60,145 nucleotides of DNA from Octopus bimaculoides (lineage: Eukaryota): the NCBI RefSeq assembly GCF_001194135.2, contig NC_068984.1:109617235-109677379 (forward strand), given 5' to 3'. A program made the translations under genes and the position numbers. Position 1 is the stretch's first letter. The number at the start of each line of letters is the position of its first letter. The notes below the pieces were generated by a model, which did no database searches, was not told the origin of the DNA, and worked only from the letters and a program-made list of their open reading frames with translations. Positions 1-12,226 of this stretch are shown piece by piece.

Positions 1-52
<52 letters not shown>
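1..52. repeat. (TG)n microsatellite
   Basis: Perfect TG dinucleotide run at the window start. Confidence 0.98.
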
Positions 53-56
<4 letters not shown>

Positions 57-824
57 GGAGAATGCTAGTGGCAGACATAATCAGTCTCTGCTACACAGCA
101 AGGTCGAAAACCTGATTACTTCCATATTCACTGAGATGAATGGTCAACCAGGGAAGAAATTGGCTGGAATTTCTCAGGTCAATATTTTAGCTGTAAGGGG
201 TGAATAAGATAAGCATTAGTCTTCAAACTTAAATCAATTGAGTGAAACTAGGCATTCTCTGGAAATGCAAATAGCAAAAACAATAACATCTGTAGCAGAA
301 CAAAAGAAAAAAACTGACAAAATAAAACGTGGACTGAAAGTTTTTGTGATGATTTTCACTAAAATTCTTTGTTCAGTCGTTCGAGTATACACATACAGAA
401 GTCTTTTACACAAACACGTACACAAAATATATACAGATTTCATGTGTGCGTGTATATATATATATAGTCCTAATTTTGGGACTGCCATGTTGGCTTGGCG
501 ATAACTATTAATTTCCAGTACCGCTGCCGTAGTCTCCTTTAGAGAGACTTAGAAATATTAATAACTCTATATATATATATATATATATACCTAACATATA
601 CGTATTTATATCAATGTAGAAATTGGTTTATATACATGCACATGTACATATATGTATGTATGTATGTATGTATATANNNNNNNNNNNNNNNNNNNNNNNN
701 NNNNNNNNNNNNNNNNNNNNNNNNNNNNNNNNNNNNNNNNNNNNNNNNNNNNNNNNNNNNNNNNACACGCACACACACACACATATATATATATATAGCA
801 TATATACATGTATAAATAAATATA

Positions 825-1092
825 CTCTTGGCCCTGCCTTGTTTGACATTGTCTCAAAACAGATCAAAGAGGGAAAGGATCCCATCACCTTTAAACGGAG
901 TTTGGACAAATTTCTTCAAGGAATACCAGATAAGCCACCCGTACCTGAATACAACTCACTCAACAAGAACTCACTACTTGAATGGGCCATAAACAAAACT
1001 TGACTTAAAAAAGGATTTAGATAATCCTATCAGGTGGTGCTATTAAGTTAGACATGACCTGGACCAATTATTGGTCGAAACATATCTAAGTC
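825..1092 (+). mobile_element. CR1-clade LINE 3' end (ORF2 C-terminus plus 3' UTR), 5'-truncated
   Basis: Frame reads GPALFDIVSKQIKEGKDPITFKRSLDKFLQGIPDKPPVPEYNSLNKNSLLEWA, matching the CR1 ORF2 terminal pattern (GPxLFN...FKxxLDxFLxxIPDxP). The UTR ends in the hairpin GACCAA-TTA-TTGGTC followed by GAAAC. Confidence 0.8.
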
Positions 1093-1220
1093 TTTTTTTA
1101 TATATACATATGTATTATTTACACACGCATACATTTAGTTGTATTTCTAGGTATTGTGCTACCATTCCTCCTTGCATGCATGTATAATTATGCACACGAT
1201 CGAACCTTACAACATGTATA

Positions 1221-2811
1221 CTGCGTTTCAAATTATTAACGACCTAGCATTATTTTATCTTATTTAAAAACGACACTTTGGAATTCAATGAAATTTTTTC
1301 TGAGAAATGACAACATGTATATGCACGTGGCGTGTAAAAAATGTGAAGTTCCGTAAAGCAAAACAGAAACTATGGCCATTACTAAGTTTACGTAAACTTT
1401 CACTGCTTCAAATTATTAGCAAAATGTAATTAAAACTCATGTAAACAAGAAAATACCAACTTAATTGTTTGATGTTCATACTGAAATGAACACATACAGT
1501 CATAAACATGGAAGAAGTAGAAATAAACAAATAAACAGCGTTCCAAAATGATAGGTGAGCTGGTTAGTGTGGGATGTATGAGCGTTTGTTTGAAATAAAT
1601 TGGAAAAGACGTTGATCCATGGAACATGCTAATTACTGGGTATACTCTGAGGTGTATCATGAGATACATATACTATTGCCAGCTACAGTTTATCCTTGCT
1701 CCTAAATTGGCGTCCATCCTCGTAAGCTAGTCTCTCTAGAATTCTCCACAAGTTTTCTATTTGGTTTAAGTCGGGGGAACAAGCAGGCCACTTCATCTTC
1801 AGAGATCTATAGAAGCCTAATTGCTGCAGATACTCTGTATTTTTCTTCGCTGAGTGTGAAGCTGCATTATCTTGAGTGAATATTATGGTTGTCTTGAAAG
1901 TGGTCCTTTGCTTTTTTAACCAAGGTTCAAGTTGCTCCCTAAGAAAGGCTATGTAAACATCCGCAGACATTTTAACACCATCAGGCACTTTCCAATTACC
2001 AACCACAGTACATCCAATAATACCTGGCCATATCCTGAAGCCTTCTGCCCCCTGTTGACATCTCAAGTGTTGATGACGATCTCGTCCATTTACAATCCAT
2101 GCCTTGCTCCAACCATAAGGTCTATCAAGGGTAGCATGAACTTCGTCGGTAAACAAAACTTTTGAAAAGTCGACCTTCACATTAACTTCTCTCCATTTCA
2201 GACGATTTCGTATGTATTTTGTTTAAAGGAGGCCATTTATCTAATTTCACTGGTTTACCGACTTTTTTTTTTCAGAATACAACATCGGATAGTTCTGGTC
2301 ACAGTTGTTTCACCAATGCGCTTGAAAAGTTCTATAAGTTCTCCACTTGTAAGACCTGTCTTCTGTATAGCTTCACGCTTAATTCCTGACAGAGAACGTT
2401 GAGAAACTGCCCTCGACTGACCCGTGTCGGCTCTCTTACGCATCTTCGTAGGAGCCGTAACAATTTTTTTTTTTCACAGTTTGGAGGATATCTTCCAATT
2501 ATTTTAGATATTTTCTAATGTTGATTTACATTTTGCAAGCTCAGAAGTAATAACAGATTTCTCTGAAGCAGTTAAATCGCATTTAAGACACATAATTACA
2601 CGATTATCAGACCCCTCGTTAGTAATTTGGAAAATGAAAGTTCATGGAAATCATTCAAAACGGCCGCGGTTTGTTTACACTTGCACAAAACCTCACGTTT
2701 TTTAGACACCATGCGCCATTATTCTGTAGAGATTTCGTTGAATTCCAATGAGTAGTTTTTAAATAGAATAAACATATGTTACGCCGTCGTCATTAATAAT
2801 TTGAAACGCAG
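1221..2811 (-). mobile_element. Tc1-like DNA transposon, DD37E (TRT-like), full length but decayed, with long imperfect TIRs
   Basis: Left end TA|CTGCGTTTCAAATTATTAA (1221) is the reverse complement of the right end TTAATAATTTGAAACGCAG|CA (2811). Inverted similarity continues for about 190 bp, and the element encloses a transposase remnant. Confidence 0.9.
1564..2593 (-). pseudogene. Tc1-family transposase pseudogene (DD37E)
   Basis: Motifs VLFTDE, ATLDRPYGW, RCQQG, FTQDNAASH and WPACSPDLNQIENLW; 37 residues counted between the second D and the E. Stops and frameshifts split it into the ORFs at 1683-2180 and 2255-2443. Confidence 0.9.
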
Positions 2812-3379
2812 CATATATATATATATATATATATATANNNNNNNNNNNNNNNNNNNNNNNNNNNNNNNNNNNNNNNNNNNNNNNNNNNNNNNNNNNNNNN
2901 NNNNNNNNNNNNNNNNNNNNNNNNNNNNNNNNNNNNNNNNNNNNNNNNNNNNNNNNNNNNNNNNNNNNNNNNNNNNNNNNNNNNNNNNNNNNNNNNNNNN
3001 NNNNNNNNNNNNNNNNNNNNNNNNNNNNNNNNNNNNNNNNNNNNNNNNNNNNNNNNNNNNNNNNNNNNNNNNNNNNNNNNNNNNNNNNNNNNNNNNNNNN
3101 NNNNNNNNNNNNNNNNNNNNNNNNNNNNNNNNNNNNNNNNNNNNNNNNNNNNNNNNNNNNNNNNNNNNNNNNNNNNCATACTACTAAAAGTTGCTCAATA
3201 TGCAAATATACAAATTCTCCATCCCAGACTGCAAGGCACCAGTGACATGATAAATCATATTAAAACATGACCAAATCTCCTACCTATATTTGTAGGATTG
3301 ATTGGCGATTTGGCCCTCTGGCTTTCTTCTTTGTTGGTGCACTGGATGAGTACATTAGGTCAAGGAACTAGCCGTTTGT

Positions 3380-3575
3380 TAGGTTCTTTTGCTGTTTAGC
3401 ACCAGGTCAGTTAGACCAATGGTTAAAGGCATTTGTGACTATGAACATTTAATCTATTTTCCAAACAATATATCTAGCACTACATTATTCAATGTGCCAT
3501 TTTGTATGTTTTTAAGAGAGTTGGGTATATAATTAAAGGAATATTTGGCTGCTATTTCTAGACTGTGCCGGTAGT
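3380..3575. repeat. Dispersed repeat family F fragment
   Basis: Shares ATTTGGCTGCTATTTCTAG and ACATTATTCAATGTG motifs with copies at about 16440-16595 (opposite orientation), 37860-37930 and 39050-39160. Confidence 0.6.
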
Positions 3576-3720
3576 AACCTTCTGGGTGCCTCATTCTGGC
3601 TTGTGTTCCTAATGAGATAACGTTGCACTGGAAAGTAAAAAAGAACATTACAAAAAAAAAAAGAGAGTGGGGGAAAGTAAATGTAAAACATTGAATACAC
3701 TACAGTTTTAAAGATACAAC

Positions 3721-4225
3721 ACATTAGATAATGTAGTCCTAGATACAGTATGCCTGTTTAACACGTAGAATAACTTAGCTTTAAATGCACTATGTCTGAA
3801 TGACATGATACATAACGTGGTCCTAGACACAATTCTCTGAGTGGTGCATAAAATATTGTAGTTCTAGAAACACTATGTCTGATAGACACTCCGAATTATG
3901 TTGTCCTACATACACTGTGTTTGATGAGCACTTTGAGACCTGTACTCCTAGATAGATTATGTTCGATGGGCACACTAGATAATGTAACTCTAGTTACAGA
4001 ACCTGCTGAACGTATTATATAATGTAGTCCTAGATACACGCTGTCTGATGCAAACACTGGATAATGAAATATTAGATACACTAAACCTGATGAGCACATT
4101 GGATAATGTGGTCCTTGATACGTTATGTCTGGGTTTCAGTGATACTTAAAATAATGTAATCCAAGATAGACTAGACCCGATGAACACAATGGATAGTGTA
4201 CTTCGAAATACTTTTGTCTAAATAA
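3721..4225. repeat. Degenerate ~42-bp minisatellite, about 12 units
   Basis: Approximate consensus GGATAATGTAGTCCTAGATACACTATGTCTGATGAGCACATT. The GTCCTAGATAC anchor recurs near 3736, 3820, 3861, 3903, 3945, 3987, 4027, 4068, 4111, 4158 and 4199. Confidence 0.85.
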
Positions 4226-4299
4226 AAGAGATGAAAGTATCAACGACTCAATGCATTTTACCATGTGTCAGTTGATCAAGGGACTGACCTGGGATTGAT

Positions 4300-4570
4300 C
4301 AAGCACATCAACAACAGCACCAACATAAACAAAGGAGCAATGTATACACTAATGATAACTTCAACATCACGAGGTACAACTAATACAACACCAAGTTCAG
4401 CAACAGCAGCAGCAGCAACAGCAGTAGAAACAACAGCAGCAGCAACAACAACGACAACAATTACGAAAACCACGTAAACAACAACAGTAGCAGCATCAGA
4501 CAAAAGAAAACCATCCTTCAGCAACACTAGCAATAACATCGACAGCACGAACTACCAATATACAACCAAT

Positions 4571-4609
<39 letters not shown>

Positions 4610-4800
4610 TGCAGCAATAACAACAACATCTACAACGTCAACCACAAGAACCGCACCAGTAGCAGCAGCAACAACAAAAACAACAACAACAACAAAGAAA
4701 TAAAGAAAGCAACAAAACCAATAACAACTACAACAACAAAAACCAAGAACAGCAACAGTAACAGCAGTAGCACCAACCGTAGCAACTACATCAACAAGAC
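4300..4800. repeat. (CAA/CAG/GCA)n compound trinucleotide low-complexity tract
   Basis: Interleaved AAC and AGC runs that produce spurious poly-A/V/T ORFs. Confidence 0.9.
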
Positions 4801-5036
4801 TTGACATAGGCTACTTATACAATATAATGTGGAATTTGTAATTACAGCCATATTTTATTGAAATGGTACAGGAAAAATGAAGAATAAAGCATAAAACTTA
4901 TAAGAATTCCTGACTTTTTGGAGAGAATTTCATTTCCTAATATTAAGTCAGTGGTTCCTTTACATTCTTTATACCATTTCATTGCAATTCACTTCTCATT
5001 CTTCGATTCACTCTTCAACTCCCTTTCTTTCTGGCT

Positions 5037-5153
5037 ATGTATGTATGTATGTATGTATGTATGTATGTATGCATGCATGTATGCATGTATGTATGCGTAT
5101 ATCTATCTATCTATTTATCTAATTCTCTTACCCACCCTCTCTCTCTCTCTCTC
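5037..5153. repeat. Compound (TATG)n/(TATC)n/(TC)n microsatellite
   Basis: Direct inspection; ends at an N-gap. Confidence 0.9.
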
Positions 5154-5799
5154 NNNNNNNNNNNNNNNNNNNNNNNNNNNNNNNNNNNNNNNNNNNNNNN
5201 NNNNNNNNNNNNNNNNNNNNNNNNNNNNNNNNNNNNNNNNNNNNNNNNNNNNNATATATTCTGACATGGGACTGATGCTGCCATCCTTAATTTGCAACAT
5301 AATTGAGTTGAAAAATATGAAAGGGGCATTTTGTGTATCTTCGGATATTTTATGTTTTTTTTTGCTGGCTTTTTTTCTTTCTTTTAAACCAACCTATTAG
5401 TTTTCAGGAAATTCTGTGCTTTAATTAGGTGAAAAAAATTTCCATCTTCTGTAGTGTCGGCGTCTCCTAATTGTAAATTTTTATCTAATCTTATTAACAA
5501 CCCCTCAAACTGGGAAACTTCAATATTAATAATGGCCGCCCAGTACTTACATACGTACATACATACGTACATACATACACGCACAAACAGATGTATGTAT
5601 ATAAATATATGTACATATACATGTATGAACATATATATATATATATATATAAAAGAGTGACAAAGTCACTTGAAGTGGTTTATGTGGAAAAAGAATAATG
5701 TGGTATGCATGTATAATTGTATACAAAAAACATGGGAAAACCGCTGTAAATGATCATGAAAAATATGTGAAAAACAAAATGAATGTTAATAGTTGTACT

Positions 5800-6770
5800 A
5801 AGTGAAATCTAATTTCGCCATCCAGAGCAAACTAAAAGTTTGAAATTTAATATAGTGTACAAATAGCCTCCTGTCGTTGTTGTCTTTCCCCTGTAGTCTC
5901 CGTAGCGCGCGCAGCAGCAGCAGTTGCTGCAGCATCTCTTGTAAGTCGAACTGCTCATTGTGCTGCAGTCTCTGAAGCTCGTGCACCAGCAGTAGAGGAA
6001 GCATTTCTTGTTCGGCATGCTGAATGTTGCTCATTGCTCTGGGTGGCTCGTTGCACAGCAATACGTGCTAACGGATCACAACGCTGCTCTTCACTTTCCC
6101 TTCGCGCTGAAGCCATTTAAGTGCATTGAGAGAGTTCTTCCTGGTGGCATCCCCGGCAGATTCATTTGCACGCATACGTTTACTTTTCTTTGCAGCATTT
6201 GTTTGCCGACCTATATTGGATCTTTTGCGTCGAGGCATGGTGGAAAATTACCAGTTTGCGCAATAGAAAAAGTCTTAAGGAAATAGCGGTGAATGTATAG
6301 CACCCCTAAAATAGTAAAATGTAGTTGGTAAAAATGTTAATCAAACAGACCAAATTAAGGATTTTTAATTTTGGGTAAGGGTTTTGAAGTGGCTAGCTTA
6401 AATTGGAATAATTATGTGTAAAAGAGCGCTCACGTGAAAACAGGCAAATCGTAACTCGCGAATGAATACTGCTGGCAGTACTGTTCAAGCAGTTGATAAG
6501 AACTTGCCACAGCTGACAAAGTATTGATTTTTGCCAGCTGGGTGTGTGTCACGTTTTTCAGCTGGTTCAAACCAAATCCTAGGCAAATTGAGAATAGTTT
6601 ATTTATGTTGGGGGCGCGGAATTTCGAGGAAAAAAATTATAAGAAAATGCGTTATAAGTCAAAGAGAGCACACATATCAAATTTGGTGAAATTCGGTTGA
6701 AAATTGTAGGCGTAGAAGTGGTTCAAACAACACACACAGAGACAGACAACTTGCCTTTTAATATATAAGA
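5800..6770 (-). mobile_element. Helitron 5' portion
   Basis: Minus strand begins A|TCTTATATATTAAAAGGCAAGTTGTCTGTCT... (5' TC terminus at 6770), followed by CAACCGAATTTCACCAAATTTG, a Helitron-type 5' end. A Rep/helicase N-terminal remnant lies downstream. No CTRR 3' end was found. Confidence 0.75.
5850..6238 (-). pseudogene. Helitron RepHel N-terminal region, frameshifted
   Basis: MPRRKRSNIGRQTNAAKKSKRMRANES, then after a frameshift MASARRESEEQR...ARASETAAQ*AVRLTRDAAATAAAARATETTGERQQRQE. These are the (S/T)ETxEQRxxRL-type repeats typical of animal Helitron N-termini. Confidence 0.75.
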
Positions 6771-6778
6771 TATAAATA

Positions 6779-6847
6779 TCCGACGGGTTACTTTTAGTTT
6801 CCATCTACCAAATCTACTCACAAAGCTCTGGTCTTCCCGAGGCTATA
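6779..6847 (-). mobile_element. SINE family A, internal fragment
   Basis: CGACGGG...CTACCAAATCTACTCACAAAGCT...CGAGGCTATA matches the middle of the full copy at 15640-16200. Confidence 0.75.
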
Positions 6848-7008
6848 TGTATATATATATCAACTGAGCCAACGATGCTTCTTATATTGATGCTGAGTGG
6901 GGGAATCGTAGAAGATCAACAGTTAAGATCACGAAGCTCTATTAAGAAAATAATGGCAATGCATCCATAAGGGTGGCGTCCATGGATATGTAATCAGCTA
7001 ATAAAAGC

Positions 7009-7155
7009 TGTTCAATATTTAAGAGATGAGGAATTATGTACATTATTTACAATTGACAGATATTTGTCCTCATCTTGTTTGTTGTTAACACAACGTTTCG
7101 TCTGATATACCCTCCAGCCTTCATCAGGTGTCTTGAGGAAATTTCAAACCTGGGT
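7009..7155 (-). mobile_element. 3' segment of hammerhead-bearing element (HHR family 1), 5'-truncated
   Basis: Near-identical to 36263-36420 and to the inverted copy at 37544-37668. Confidence 0.9.
7087..7132 (-). ncRNA. Minimal type I hammerhead ribozyme motif (family 1), one stem II mismatch
   Basis: Minus strand reads GACAC-CTGATGA-A-GGCTG-gagggtatat-CAGAC-GAAA-C-G-T-T-GTGTT. Confidence 0.7.
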
Positions 7156-8096
7156 ATGAAGTCGGGATCCAACCAGTATGCTGAATATTGTAGACTATTG
7201 TAGAATATGGAATGGAATACCTGAAGTTGATGTTTATGATATTGTAGATATGCCTGAGTACGAAATTTATAAATTCAAGGATTTATATTTTTGCATGATT
7301 TCAATGTTTGTATACTTCCAGGAGTGGAGAGTATAGAGATGAAGTTGGCGTAAATGCCACATATATTAGCAAAACCAAAGAATTCATTAAATTTAGATAT
7401 TTTCATAAAATGAAAATTCCATATTTCATTTTTTCCTTATGCAAGAAATAGTTTTACAAAATTTAGGAAAAACAGAAACAATTGAAAATGATTTTTTTTT
7501 TCTTTTAAAGAAAATATAGATGTTGAAAATAATAGAAAATTTAGCAATAACAGTGTTAGGAAAATTTAAATTATAATGTAGGCATTTTTAAAGTAGCAAA
7601 TATTACATAATTCCAAATAAAAGTCTCTCTGGAGAACTCTGAGGTAACATTTGGAATATTTTTGCCCTTCTAACCTATTATTTTGAGGGTAGAGTTAACA
7701 TATACGGGAGGAAAAAGAACTACAACGAAAAAAAATAAACGGATAAATAAATGGGAAAAGAAACTGAGGAGATAAGGAACCAAAAAAATAACACAAATGG
7801 TGAAAACTGTTGTTAAATTGCTGTATAAAATATATAACGAAGAGAAAGAATCCTCAAAACGCATATATTAAAAAAAAGGTGGAGAAATAGTGTATGAGTA
7901 TGTTTATGACTTTGAAGTGTAAGTGTATGTGTCTGTATGAAACTACGTGCCAACACACAGAAGCACAGCACACACGTATACACACAGACACACACGCACA
8001 TAGGTATATATTCATATTTATGTAAGTAGATGTATTTCTATCTCTTGTAAAAAAAAAACAAATATGTACACACATCTATGTACGTGTGCACACACA

Positions 8097-8146
<50 letters not shown>

Positions 8147-10520
8147 TGTATATAAGGAAAATAGTTCAAACATCATACAGTATACATATGGTAGCGTGTG
8201 CACTGCAGCTTTTGTATACAAGCATATACATNNNNNNNNNNNNNNNNNNNNNNNNNNNNNNNNNNNNNNNNNNNNNNNNNNNNNNNNNNNNNNNNNNNNN
8301 NNNNNNNNNNNNNNNNNNNNNNNNNNNNNNNNNNNNNNNNNNNNNNNNNNNNNNNNNNNNNNNNNNNNNNNNNNNNNNNNNNNNNNNNNNNNNNNNNNNN
8401 NNNNNNNNNNNNNNNNNNNNNNNNNNNNNNNNNNNNNNNNNNNNNNNNNNNNNNNNNNNNNNNNNNNNNNNNNNNNNNNNNNNNNNNNNNNNNNNNNNNN
8501 NNNNNNNNNNNNNNNNNNNNNNNNNNNNNNNNNNNNNNNNNNNNNNNNNNNNNNNNNNNNNNNNNNNNNNNNNNNNNNNNNNNNNNNNNNNNNNNNNNNN
8601 NNNNNNNNNNNNNNNNNNNNNNNNNNNNNNNNNNNNNNNNNNNNNNNNNNNNNNNNNNNNNNNNNNNNNNNNNNNNNNNNNNNNNNNNNNNNNNNNNNNN
8701 NNNNNNNNNNNNNNNNNNNNNNNNNNNNNNNNNNNNNNNNNNNNNNNNNNNNNNNNNNNNNNNNNNNNNNNNNNNNNNNNNNNNNNNNNNNNNNNNNNNN
8801 NNNNNNNNNNNNNNNNNNNNNNNNNNNNNNNNNNNNNNNNNNNNNNNNNNNNNNNNNNNNNNNNNNNNNNNNNNNNNNNNNNNNNNNNNNNNNNNNNNNN
8901 NNNNNNNNNNNNNNNNNNNNNNNNNNNNNNNNNNNNNNNNNNNNNNNNNNNNNNNNNNNNNNNNNNNNNNNNNNNNNNNNNNNNNNNNNNNNNNNNNNNN
9001 NNNNNNNNNNNNNNNNNNNNNNNNNNNNNNNNNNNNNNNNNNNNNNNATATATATACATATATAAATATATATACATATATAAATATATATACATATATA
9101 AATATATATATATATATATACACACCTACACCCACACAAACACACACACACATATATGTATACATACATACATACATTCATACATACATAATCATTTCTT
9201 CATTGGCACATATTTCTTGTGAGCAGGTTTTCACGTATAGATTCTCTCAATGCGAACCAAAGCACATAGACGTACCTCTTTTTTTTATGCAATGAATATA
9301 AAACATACTCAAGCACATATACTGGACTAAATAATATTGTACACCACCATGTTATAAGGTGTTTCATAAGTTCTAATTTAACCTGTCATTACTCCATCGA
9401 CAACTGTCATTTGACCATTATCTACTTTCGTCTCATATAACTATGTGTGTGCACGGAGGTGATGGTTTCACGTCCTCTATACCATTCATTAAAACAAAAT
9501 CACCAGCATCCTCCTCCTCATCATCATCACCTTCACTATCCCTGTTCTCACATAATACTTTTTCTCCTACTTCCCTCTTATGTCTTAGACTCTGCGTTAA
9601 ACCGCTTGTTTTTCGTTTTTGTTTTTAGTTATTTTTTTTTCTTTTCTGCTGAACTGTAACTTCCTTGCATTCTCAAACTAATTCTCTTTCGTTATAGGCG
9701 AGCTTTCTTATGCTTTGGTTATTCACTTTTTGTCTTCTATCAGATCACTGCACCTTGTTCAAAGCTCTACTGCGAGCTTTTCCATCAACACTACTTTGGC
9801 GATGTGATCGAGACTAACTCGAAGTTAAGCTATATAATAAGCATTTAGTCGATCAGTTAGTTGGTCATCCTTACAATGATGAGATAGGAAACCAGTATAG
9901 AGAAGGGTGGTTTGTTATTAATTTGGATAGAAGAAAAATGGGGTCTTCCTTTTCTGCAGAAATTAAATAAATAATGTAGGACCCCCAAATGTCTAAAGTC
10001 GCTAAATTTAAGCAAAAAAGAACCGTGTGAATGACGCACAAAACTATAACAGTTTGATTTGACCCCGCGTTTGGCAACATGGAAATTGCGAGTTGATCAT
10101 GTGTGCAAAGACAATTTTTGTTCAATCAGCGGATTTTGTTCACGTCTAGCGGTATGACTAGAGCTTTCCGTGGACAGAGCCTACGAATACGGCTCATTTT
10201 AGCGTGGAAAGGTCAGAGTGAATTCGGCTTTTGGTGGAGTTCGCTCTGGACTCGTAGCTTTTCACACAGTTACATATTCAATCCGGTGCGATAAATGAAG
10301 AAACATGCTGCAGAACAAAGCAATAAGAATATGCAATGGTGTGTAAAAATTAGCCTAAATGTTGAATATATGATGAAGATCTGCTGCACCTGTAATATAC
10401 GCCGTTCTATATAAAATTTACTCGTCTTGTATTGCATGAACACTTTCTGCATTGCTACAGCAATAAATTGTGTATATATACCTACAACAAGTCTTTCTTC
10501 ATAATCATGCCACAAGACTA

Positions 10521-10696
10521 TTGAATTCACTTGAAATTTAAATCTATTTGACGAGATGTCAAACTATTCGTCGCTTAACTACGACCTTGTCCTTGACACA
10601 GATACACTGCAACACGACGAAAACTTTGTCAGAAACCAAATTGCAATTGAGACGAAAATTTCAATGCCTCATGAAATAGATTTAAAGTGAAATTAA
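10521..10696. mobile_element. Small MITE-like element with ~30-bp imperfect inverted ends
   Basis: TTGAATTCACT(tgaaat)TTAAATCTATTTGACGAG at the left versus the reverse complement of the right end, TTAATTTCACTTTAAATCTATTTCATGAG. Confidence 0.45.
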
Positions 10697-11199
10697 CAAT
10701 TTTTTGTCTTGTCAAATTGCTCTTTCATAAATAAAGTTAACCATAACAACGAAAACAACATAAAAAACTGCAACAATAATAACAGTTACAGCAACACCAT
10801 TTAATACTCATTTTCGTAACGATGTTGTTATACATTGAAACTAATGGTCAGATAGTAATGAAAGTCAGAACATTGTTGTGGTCAAACTACTGAAAGGTCA
10901 ATTGTGATAAATGTATCATTGTGTTCATTGTGGGGTTTTTTTTAACCCTAGGTCAGATTTTGTCAAGCAAACTATGAGCTAACTTGTTCCGTTTTCTTTC
11001 TGCCATTGAACTGTAACTACGATCGGCCATTAACTTCAATGATCCAAATCGATCATATTGACTCCAGCATTTCAGTCTCCTATTTATTTTATCGATTTTT
11101 TTTATTGAAAGAATTGTTTACTTATTGCTATAAAAAGACGCAATTCAATACATTTTACATACATTTACGCAAATCAAACACACCCACAAACATATCATA

Positions 11200-11408
11200 T
11201 TAGTTTCAAATTTTGGCCTTAAAGTTCGAACGACGGGTAAGTCGATTACATTGATCCCAATGATCAGTCGGTACTTATTTTATCGACCCCGAAAGGATTA
11301 AAGGCAAAGTCGACATCGCCCGAATTCGAATGCAGAACGTAAAAACATACGAAACGCCGCTGAGCATTTTATCCGGCATGCTAACAACCCTACCAGCACG
11401 CTGCCTTA
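11200..11408 (-). mobile_element. tRNA-derived SINE family C
   Basis: Core TATCGACCCCGAAAGGATTAAAGGCAAAGTCGAC; Pol III B-box-like TTCGAAT on the minus strand; similar to 34225-34458. Confidence 0.85.
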
Positions 11409-11417
11409 TATACTCAA

Positions 11418-11605
11418 ATAATGCTTGCTTCAAAATTTTGCACAAGGCCAACAAGTTCGTGGGAGGGGTTAATCGATTAAATCAACTGTTACTTATTTTA
11501 TTAACCCCGAAATGATAAAAGGCAAAGTGGACACCGGCAGCATTTGAACTCAGAACGTAAAATCAGAAGAAATGTCGCAAAGCATTTTTCCGGCACGGCA
11601 ACATA
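11418..11605 (-). mobile_element. SINE family C, second tandem copy
   Basis: Same core, more diverged (TTAACCCCGAAATGATAAAGGCAAAGTGGAC). Confidence 0.8.
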
Positions 11606-12226
11606 TACACAAATAATATTCATTTCTGCTCTAGGCNNNNNNNNNNNNNNNNNNNNNNNNNNNNNNNNNNNNNNNNNNNNNNNNNNNNNNNNNNNNNNNN
11701 NNNNNNNNNNNNNNNNNNNNNNNNNNNNNNNNNNNNNNNNNNNNNNNNNNNNNNNNNNNNNNNNNNNNNNNNNNNNNNNNNNNNNNNNNNNNNNNNNNNN
11801 NNNNNNNNNNNNNNNNNNNNNGAAGTAATATTAAAAGATTATTTGTAAAATCAGTGTTTTACACTGTGGATTATTCAAATATACGAAGTAGCGAATCAGC
11901 GTGACAATAAATACGCAAAAAATTCTTTAGCACTTCAACATAGTCGTCAAGATTTGACTGGTTGGCAAAGAACCAGAATGAGATTTAAATAGTGGCAAGA
12001 AGTCATATTTTTATGATAATATGAAAATACTTTTTTATAGAACACACAAAAAAAAATATAGTGGCGATTTTTTGATAAAGTTTCGATTTGATAAACACTG
12101 AATGCTTTTCGTTCAATATGTGGCAATCTTTATGATATGTGAAATCCAATATGTAAGAGATGAATTATTTTAGCCAGTTGGTATCTGGAATATCTTCAAA
12201 TATCAATAAATTTTCTGTGAGATTTC

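Noticed and set aside
53-330. Unique sequence with good minus-strand acceptors (TTCACCCCTTACAG)
   Set aside because: All three frames after the acceptor contain stops, and the plus-strand peptides are not convincingly assignable.
3721-4225. CRISPR-like periodic array
   Set aside because: The whole 42-bp unit is a degenerate repeat with no unique spacers, the context is eukaryotic, and there are no cas genes.
4265-4807. Thr/Ala-rich mucin-like ORFs
   Set aside because: Trinucleotide microsatellite translations with no splice or domain support.
8018-9295. Long ORFs of 300-640 aa here and at 43223-45414, 47287-48569 and 51609-59689
   Set aside because: They consist of N-gaps and dinucleotide repeats (YI, HT, CV); not coding.
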